This document shows, piece after piece, positions 57,440 to 64,000 of a stretch of 64,000 nucleotides of DNA; position 1 is the first letter of the stretch; each line of letters starts with the position of its first letter. Origin of the DNA: an uncultured Planctomycetota bacterium (GTDB taxonomy: Bacteria; Planctomycetota; B143-G9). The position numbers and the translations under genes are program-made. Below the pieces are notes generated by a model. The model saw only the letters and a program-made list of their open reading frames with translations, had not been told where the DNA came from and did not search any database. The stretch is taken from contig CAZNBY010000001.1 in NCBI GenBank assembly GCA_964571525.1, positions 4,647-68,646 of the forward strand, read 5' to 3'.

Positions 57440-58623
57440 TGTGCCTCCCGCTTGTTTGTGTAAGATGCGTTTTCTTTATTTTCGAGCTTTTGAATTCTTA
57501 CGCAAGCGGCTGCAGCCGCGGTTACAATATCCTCAACCTTGCTTGAGCGCGAGAAATCAACCGCGCTATGACGCTTGAAACCACATGGCAGCAGGACATA
57601 CGACACACCCGGATAGTATGCGACATGCAAGTGGAAGAGCATATTGCCCGCGTCAAGATTAGGCGCGATGAGAACATTTGCGCGACCCGCAGCAGCGTTC
57701 GATTCGAGCGTTGTGTCCATCTTCTGCCTCGCTGCCTTCTCTAAAACCGCAGGTGCGAATTGCAATTCAGAGGTTATTCTTATCCGTTCGAACGCATTAT
57801 TATCTGAATCCGATATGCGCTTGCGGATAATATCATAAGCAGACCTGACATTTTCGACAGACGGCCCCTCTCCTGATCCACGAGTTGAGTAAGAAAGCAA
57901 GGCGGTATTTATATACTGCAATGGGTCGGGGCATAGCACATCATAGGCAAGCAATGACGACTCTATCGCAATATCAGCGAGCCTTGCAGGAGTCATATCA
58001 ACAACCACGGCAACATCCGCGAAAACTGCCACTCCGCCATTAAAGACAGGTGGCGCACACTCAGGGTTAAAGCTAAATAGTGCCGCTGTAAAAACTGTGT
58101 CATTTCTTGGATGTAGCCTTACACACGGCAGAAAGAACTCGCGCGATGTTGCTGCAAGACCGCCTAAAACGCAATGAGCCGCTTGCCCAACACCCTCGAC
58201 ATCTATCGCCGACATAACGCCGTATGCAAGGGGCGATCGCACCCATTCGAGAAAATGCTCATATCTCTGCTCAAGCTTAGTTCCCAACTTATTGAACGCA
58301 TACTTCGCGTATGCTTCTCGAACCTCGTGATTCGCATTCTCGCATGGATCGGCAGTCTGCACTCTGTCAATTACGCTGTAGACATATTGCTCTGGCGACA
58401 TGCCCGCCTTCTCGGCATATCTACCGCATAAAGACGACTTTAGAGCTGCTGCGCGTATCTCGTCTCTACTTCCAAGCAAAAGGACATCAGCGAAATTTAG
58501 TATTCTCGCCGCCGCAAAAAAAGGGCGCGAATCTTTGTCATAAACGGCCTCGGGAAGACACAGAACTGGGCGAAATGATGATTCGATTCGCGCTTCGAGG
58601 TGCCTCAATATGTCGAACATCAA
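57427..58623 (-). CDS. pta: phosphate acyltransferase (Pta/Ptb family)
   Basis: LPEA, FADVAV, LLSYSTRGS, ELQF, NVLIAPNLDAGN, DFSRSSKVED (S-R...D catalytic motif). Confidence 0.82.
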   Translation of the reverse strand: MMFDILRHLEARIESSFRPVLCLPEAVYDKDSRPFFAAARILNFADVLLLGSRDEIRAAALKSSLCGRYAEKAGMSPEQYVYSVIDRVQTADPCENANHEVREAYAKYAFNKLGTKLEQRYEHFLEWVRSPLAYGVMSAIDVEGVGQAAHCVLGGLAATSREFFLPCVRLHPRNDTVFTAALFSFNPECAPPVFNGGVAVFADVAVVVDMTPARLADIAIESSLLAYDVLCPDPLQYINTALLSYSTRGSGEGPSVENVRSAYDIIRKRISDSDNNAFERIRITSELQFAPAVLEKAARQKMDTTLESNAAAGRANVLIAPNLDAGNMLFHLHVAYYPGVSYVLLPCGFKRHSAVDFSRSSKVEDIVTAAAAACVRIQKLENKENASYTNKREAQWPM

Positions 58624-58823
58624 AATTCCTCCTCAACTCGATAGTGTACTGTGCTTTCGCAGATATAAAGCCTTGTGTGCAAAAATTCACAACTGGGCCG
58701 CGTACATCGCTCTAAAGCAGCCCGCAAGCTAAACTGCGAACAGAAACCGCCTTATGTGCCCACGGCAAGTGTTGATTAGATTTGGCGGATGCTGTTTGCT
58801 GTAAAACGCGCAAGCTGCAAAAG

Positions 58824-58856
58824 AAAAGGCCGTTCGCTTGCGCGAACGGCCTTTTT
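58824..58856. terminator. bidirectional-type intrinsic terminator
   Basis: AAAAGGCCGTTCGC-TTGC-GCGAACGGCCTTTT. Confidence 0.85.
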
Positions 58857-58874
58857 CGGAATGCGTAAGGAGGC

Positions 58875-61800
58875 TTACCTGTCGAGCAGGCTGCGGAAGA
58901 TGGCGCGGAGCGCGTCGCTCTCGGTCATCGTCTCGGCGATTGACGGCGAAGCGACATAGTACAGGCCGACAAGGCTGTCGCTCGTGCGGGAGAGAGCGAG
59001 GGCTGAATCGCGGATACCGGTCAGAGACTTCACGCTGTCAGCAGACATTGTGCCGAATGCAGCCGTTGCGACGAAGCAGCCGCCGCCACCGCCACCGCCG
59101 CCCGGAAGCGGGGTGTCAGCAGTAACAACATGGATCGTGACATAGGCCGGCAGACTGCGGTGGTAGCCGTTGTAAGTGTAGAGAGCGAAGGTGTAAGAGC
59201 CAAGCGCAACCGGTGTGAAGCGCATTACCGGCAGGTAGTTGCTTTCGAACCGGATGAGGGTCGGACCGCTGACCTGTACCCAGGTGTAGCCGTCGCGCGC
59301 CCAGCCGCCTGAACCCTTGAGGAACGCGAGAGTATTGACATGGAACGCGCGCTCTGGCATTGTTACTGCCTTCGGGATCCTGCGCGTACCGCTGTTGACC
59401 GGCACAACGACCTCGGCGAACGAGACATTCGTGCCGTCTGAGACGATCAGGAGGAAGGAGTAGACGCCGGGCAGCACTGGCGTGAAGCTTGGGGTCGCCG
59501 TTCTCTGGTTGAACTCGACGATCGGGCCGCTTGTCTGTATCCAGTGATACTTAAGTGCGTCGTTGTTCATGTCGTACGAGCCGTTGGTGAGGTGGACAGT
59601 CGTCGGCAGGTAGATGCCAACCGCGCTGGGGTCACTGTATCCGGCGATTGCGACCGGTGGTACATTTGCACCCTTGACGACATTGATCGTCACGCGATCT
59701 GGCAAGCTCATGTTGACGCCGTCGCTCACTATCAACTCGAAGATGTAAGTGCCGGGCACGACCGGTGTGAAGATCGGCCTTGCCGTTGTGAGGCTGTCGA
59801 GAACCGCATAGCCGCGGACAACGCGCCACTGGAAGGTCAGCGTGTCGCCGTCAACATCAGATGAATCGGTTGCGTCAAGCATTACATTCTTGCCGTACTG
59901 AATCGTCTTGTCGAGGCCAGCGTTCGCAACAGGCGCGTTGTTGTTGCCATCGGAGACAGCAAGAACCTTGACGCGCGAGGGGATGCCGGGCAGCGTGCCG
60001 TCGTGTACTTCGAGGTTGAACTCGTACCAGCCCGGAATGACCGGTGTGAAGGTGGCAAGCGCGGTGTTCGCGTTCGCTATCGCTACCGGTGTGCCGGAGA
60101 CCTGAGTCCAAGCGAAGGTGATCGTGTCAGAATCGGCATCGGCTGAACCGCGGCCGTCAAGCTGCACGGTCTTGCCAACGATGGTGTGCTGTGTGTAACC
60201 TGCGTGACCGAATGGTACCGACTCATCCTCTGAGGATACGATAACTGTTACTGTGGATATGCCGACTGCGCCGTCGTCGTCAGTGACTGTCAAGGTCACC
60301 GTGTACACGCCGTCAACTGTCGGGGCTATGCCAGCGATCGCGCCATTGACATTCGTCAGATTGAGCGATGCTGCGCCTGTCCACAGGTAGGTGATCGTGT
60401 CGTTGTTCGGGTCGTAGGTCTCTGAACCATCAAGCGTTGTGGTCGGAGTGAGTGTGCGGTTGATGAACACGGTCGGACCGGCGTTCGCGACTGGCGCGAC
60501 ATTGACTATGCCGATTGTTACCGTGTCGGTCGTTGCGATGCCGAACACATCGGTTGCCGTGCATGCGAAGACATACGCGCCGTCGTCCATAAGGAGAACT
60601 TCAGCGTTAAGCATGTTTGCATTGACGATGTTCGCTGTGCCCGGGCCACCCACGAGCGTCCACAGAATCTTAAGCGTGTCGGTCGGCTGATTTGCATCGC
60701 TGGCCGTTGCGCTGAGGAACACGAGTGAAGGCAGCAGATCAAGCTGATCGGCGCCCGCATTGACAACAGGTGCAGGATTGTTGTTGACATTCGCTGCCTT
60801 GTTGCCAGAGAGGTCCTGAACATTGCCGTTCTCGTACATGTAGAACGGAGCGCCTGTTGTACCACTGTTGTTGCCAAGAGTGAACACCAAGCTGCTGCCG
60901 ACTACCGCGACATTTGAAGGCACAAGGCCAGCAAGCAGATTTGTAACGCCATCGCGGTCGTAAATCTGCCAGCCCATAAGGCTCGCTGATGCTGCGCCCA
61001 TCGGTTCGCTGTAGTTGAAGGTGACTGTGTTCAGGTAATTGTTGCCGTCTGTGTTGGCTTGAGTGTAGCTCATCAACACAGGCTCGGCCTTGTCAACTGC
61101 AACCATGATGTAAGATGCAAGGGCATTACCAGCGGTATCGGTGAGTCCACCAAGGTTGGTGTAGACAATAGTCTTAATCTCAGTGCCGGGTACCGCGAAG
61201 GTAAGGTTCAGCGTGAACGCATCAGTGAAGCTGAAGGCGGTCGCGCCGATGCCGTTGATCGTGAAGGCGGCGGGGTTGAATCCGACTTGCTGCACGATGA
61301 TTTCATCGAACACTATGATCGCCTTGTTGACATTGCCAAGGCCATCGCCGAAGGTCGTCGCGCCGGTTGATGTCGGCGGGACTGTGTCAACGATGCTGAT
61401 AAGGCCGGTGATGCCGTTGGTCGAACGGATGTTGTTGAGGTCTTTGGCAACGATGTAAATGTTCTGAGCCTCACTGTAAACGAGGTCAGAAATTACCGCA
61501 CGACCGCTGTCGAGGTTGATGATCAGCGACGGAGTGCTTGCCGAGGTGAGTGTGCCCATGAGAGTCATAGGAGCAACTGGCTCGGCGAAGACATTGACGC
61601 TGCTCGCGCCCGGACGCTCGTTGTACCAATTGTCAACTGCGACAATCGTCACGCCGAACGGTGAGTATTCCTCGACAATTGGCGGTACCGGGTGATAGAG
61701 GACATGGTAGAAGGCAAGCGCGTTAGGAACGATGGTTACATGGCTGCTGGTTCCTGTTACAGAGCCACGGGTTGCCGTGATAGCCACCGACTCAGCGCGA

Positions 61801-64000
61801 TAGAGCGTTACTGGAACATTTGCGATACCTGCCGCAAATGTCGTTGTCGCAGGATACACAGGCATTGTGCCGAGCACATACGCAGGCGCGGGGCCGCTGT
61901 AAACAACAGGCTCGGTCGCATTGTGTAGGTCATTGACATTGCCGAACACATCGTATGCGGTAACGGTGATGGTAAACGACACGCCAGCCATCTGATCAAC
62001 CGCTGGCACCGTCACTGTGTAGTGGTCGGTAACTGCGGGCAGGATGGTGAATGGGGTGCTTGTGCCGTTGACCGCGTTCCACGATGCAGTGATCGTGTAG
62101 TTGAGGTATGCGACAGTGTCTGGATGGAAGACGGCGGATGTTACGCCGTTGAGCGTTGAGGTAACGATTGAGGACGCGGTCGGATTGCCGAATCCTGCCG
62201 AGGTTGCTGTGCTTGTGAATGTCCATGTGATGAGTGTGCCGTCTGCAACGAGGTTGCCAGCGACACCGGCTGCATCGCGGACTGTAGCTGTCACATTCAC
62301 TGACTGACCGGCGGTGTATGTCGCGGCGAGTGCGCCGATGACGATCTCTGCCGGTACATTCGGCGAGAAGGCGGTATCCTGAGTGACCGAGTCGTTGGAG
62401 ATGTTGCCGGCTGCATCGCGGGCGTGAACATCAATCACATCAACGCGGTTGTAGATTACGCTTGCGGTTGCCGGACCGGCTGTAGTGTCAACCGTTGTGG
62501 CTCCGGTGAGGATGCCAGCAGGTGCGCCGACTGTGCCGTTGGGCAGGCGCGCATCAAGGATGACATCAACTGGACCGACTGTGATGTTGCCGTAGAAGTC
62601 GAACGGTGTTACAAGCACATTGAATGGAGCGTGGGCGATGCCTGTGGAAGGCGCGCCGACGGTGTAGTACTTGACAACATTCGGGCCTACATTTACATTC
62701 GCAAGTGTACCCTTGACATTTGCATCGCTTGTAAGGGCAACGGTGAGGTCAACTGTCTCGTCCTTGAACATGGTTATCTGGATGCCAGAGGTCTCGCCAC
62801 CAGCGAAGGTAACCGGGTTCGTCGGATAGATCGGGTTGAATGTGCCGTTGGGCGAAGTGATGCTTGACGCGCCTGAGAATGTGAGGTTGCGTGTATTCGC
62901 ATAGTCTGTCATCTTGTTGCCGAACTGGTCAAACGCTGTGACTGTGACTGTGAACGGCACGCCAGCCATCACATCAAGGCTCGCTGTCGTGAAGGTGAAC
63001 GATGCAATAACATCATCAGGTATGACGGTGATGTTCGGCGAATTGGCGGTTACGACATTGTTGGCCTTGACGACGAAGATATCGTTGACCGTCGTTGAAG
63101 GCTTGAAGTCAACCGTTAAGTAGCCGTTTGCATCTGATGTTGTTGTGTTCGAGAACGGTGAAGCGCCGATCGCTCCGTGAGCGCTATCGCCTGCTGTACG
63201 GGTATATGACCACTCTACCGTCTGGCCTGTCTTGACCGGGTTGTTGTTTGCGTCAAGCAGACGAGCACGGACAGAGATCATATCGCCAGCGCGGACATTC
63301 TTCGCAAGAGCGTCGTAGCCAACGCCGTTGAACAGGTCAACAGTGATCGAGCCGACTACCGTGGTCGCATCGAAGTACACATCTGCTGTCGCACCGCGGA
63401 CTGAACGCACTGCGATGGGCGTGCCATCATCAATGACATACAGGTCAACATAGCCGACATAGTGGTACTTCAAGTTGCTAAAGGTTGCCGGGCCGGTGAT
63501 CGGGCCGAGGTTTGAACCACCGAACAGAGGATCCATCACGGTGCCGACAGGTGTGCTGCCAGCTTCGGACGGGAGCTGCGCGGAGATTGTGAGCTTCTTG
63601 CCATCTGAGCCTGTCACATTGCCAAAGGCATCCTTCGGCGTAACTGTAACATTGAAGTACTCGTTTGTGATGTGGCTCGTTGGGAAGTTGGAGAGCACGT
63701 AGTCAGCAACTGCAGCCGGAACGACTGTTACGCTTGCCGGACCGTTGACCGTGAGGCCGTTGGATGTAACGACAAGAGCTGTAACAGCGGCGTTGTAGAG
63801 CGTGATGTTGGCAGTAGTTGTGCTCGAAGCGACGAACGAGAACGAGGTTGGAAGCACAGGTGTGGTACCCGCTGGAGCATTGTTTGCGCCCGTAACGGTG
63901 ATGTTCGCAACGCCTGTGTAGCCGATTATCTCGTTGTTATACATGTCGTATGCGGTTGCGCCTAAGGTGAACGGTACACCAGCTGCAACCGTCGTTGTTG
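58875..64000 (-). CDS. giant surface protein with Ig-like and PKD/K319-like repeats and CFI-box-CTERM domain (5'-truncated by window end)
   Basis: Frame stays open from 63944 to 64000 (TTTVAAGVPFTLGATAYD, itself a repeat unit); APVANAG repeats; poly-Gly then CFVATAAFG...LYYVASP.IAE. Confidence 0.9.
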   Translation of the reverse strand, partial: TTTVAAGVPFTLGATAYDMYNNEIIGYTGVANITVTGANNAPAGTTPVLPTSFSFVASSTTTANITLYNAAVTALVVTSNGLTVNGPASVTVVPAAVADYVLSNFPTSHITNEYFNVTVTPKDAFGNVTGSDGKKLTISAQLPSEAGSTPVGTVMDPLFGGSNLGPITGPATFSNLKYHYVGYVDLYVIDDGTPIAVRSVRGATADVYFDATTVVGSITVDLFNGVGYDALAKNVRAGDMISVRARLLDANNNPVKTGQTVEWSYTRTAGDSAHGAIGASPFSNTTTSDANGYLTVDFKPSTTVNDIFVVKANNVVTANSPNITVIPDDVIASFTFTTASLDVMAGVPFTVTVTAFDQFGNKMTDYANTRNLTFSGASSITSPNGTFNPIYPTNPVTFAGGETSGIQITMFKDETVDLTVALTSDANVKGTLANVNVGPNVVKYYTVGAPSTGIAHAPFNVLVTPFDFYGNITVGPVDVILDARLPNGTVGAPAGILTGATTVDTTAGPATASVIYNRVDVIDVHARDAAGNISNDSVTQDTAFSPNVPAEIVIGALAATYTAGQSVNVTATVRDAAGVAGNLVADGTLITWTFTSTATSAGFGNPTASSIVTSTLNGVTSAVFHPDTVAYLNYTITASWNAVNGTSTPFTILPAVTDHYTVTVPAVDQMAGVSFTITVTAYDVFGNVNDLHNATEPVVYSGPAPAYVLGTMPVYPATTTFAAGIANVPVTLYRAESVAITATRGSVTGTSSHVTIVPNALAFYHVLYHPVPPIVEEYSPFGVTIVAVDNWYNERPGASSVNVFAEPVAPMTLMGTLTSASTPSLIINLDSGRAVISDLVYSEAQNIYIVAKDLNNIRSTNGITGLISIVDTVPPTSTGATTFGDGLGNVNKAIIVFDEIIVQQVGFNPAAFTINGIGATAFSFTDAFTLNLTFAVPGTEIKTIVYTNLGGLTDTAGNALASYIMVAVDKAEPVLMSYTQANTDGNNYLNTVTFNYSEPMGAASASLMGWQIYDRDGVTNLLAGLVPSNVAVVGSSLVFTLGNNSGTTGAPFYMYENGNVQDLSGNKAANVNNNPAPVVNAGADQLDLLPSLVFLSATASDANQPTDTLKILWTLVGGPGTANIVNANMLNAEVLLMDDGAYVFACTATDVFGIATTDTVTIGIVNVAPVANAGPTVFINRTLTPTTTLDGSETYDPNNDTITYLWTGAASLNLTNVNGAIAGIAPTVDGVYTVTLTVTDDDGAVGISTVTVIVSSEDESVPFGHAGYTQHTIVGKTVQLDGRGSADADSDTITFAWTQVSGTPVAIANANTALATFTPVIPGWYEFNLEVHDGTLPGIPSRVKVLAVSDGNNNAPVANAGLDKTIQYGKNVMLDATDSSDVDGDTLTFQWRVVRGYAVLDSLTTARPIFTPVVPGTYIFELIVSDGVNMSLPDRVTINVVKGANVPPVAIAGYSDPSAVGIYLPTTVHLTNGSYDMNNDALKYHWIQTSGPIVEFNQRTATPSFTPVLPGVYSFLLIVSDGTNVSFAEVVVPVNSGTRRIPKAVTMPERAFHVNTLAFLKGSGGWARDGYTWVQVSGPTLIRFESNYLPVMRFTPVALGSYTFALYTYNGYHRSLPAYVTIHVVTADTPLPGGGGGGGGCFVATAAFGTMSADSVKSLTGIRDSALALSRTSDSLVGLYYVASPSIAETMTESDALRAIFRSLLDR

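Noticed and set aside
63942-63944. ATG 63944 as the start of the surface protein
   Set aside because: Frame is open to the window edge, the upstream codons continue a repeat unit, and no signal peptide follows this Met

Overview
64-kb chromosomal window from a diderm, probably strictly anaerobic bacterium. Evidence: rpsA, recG, an outer-membrane porin, YdbH/YdbL, NfnAB, Buk/Pta and an [FeFe]-hydrogenase-like protein. A PVC/Planctomycetota affiliation is only a guess from S1 and gene content. Left to right: tRNA-Phe with a 794-bp att-flanked islet; a beta-class DNA MTase fused to an Mrr-like domain; a 10-gene redox operon (Cys-rich orphan, DRTGG, NuoE/HydC-like, NuoF/HydB-like, non-catalytic NuoG/Fdh-like, NfnA, NfnB, DRTGG, RsbT-like kinase, group-D-like [FeFe] HydS); a secreted M14/BPL_N protein; RloA-RloB; nitroreductase; UDP-sugar dehydrogenase; an archaeal-type GatE without an adjacent gatD; a porin plus two Na+/solute symporters; Fic; a PilB-REC operon; AlkD; an FHA protein; an Fe/B12-type ABC importer; a thiN cluster; DUF58; recG; a tandem redoxin; an ABC-ATPase plus PD-(D/E)xK nuclease pair; ydbH-ydbL; rpsA; buk-pta; and the 3' part of a giant CFI-box-CTERM surface protein that runs off the window end. 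Best candidates for something new: (1) the headless HydABC-type module plus NfnAB operon carrying a putative H2-sensing kinase circuit, (2) the bacterial orphan GatE, (3) the ATPase plus PD-(D/E)xK nuclease pair and RloAB as candidate defence systems, (4) a recurrent short-spacer (15-16 bp) sigma70-like promoter architecture with leaderless genes. No CRISPR array, rRNA, integrase or transposase was seen. All family assignments come from motif recognition by eye; no database searches were run.
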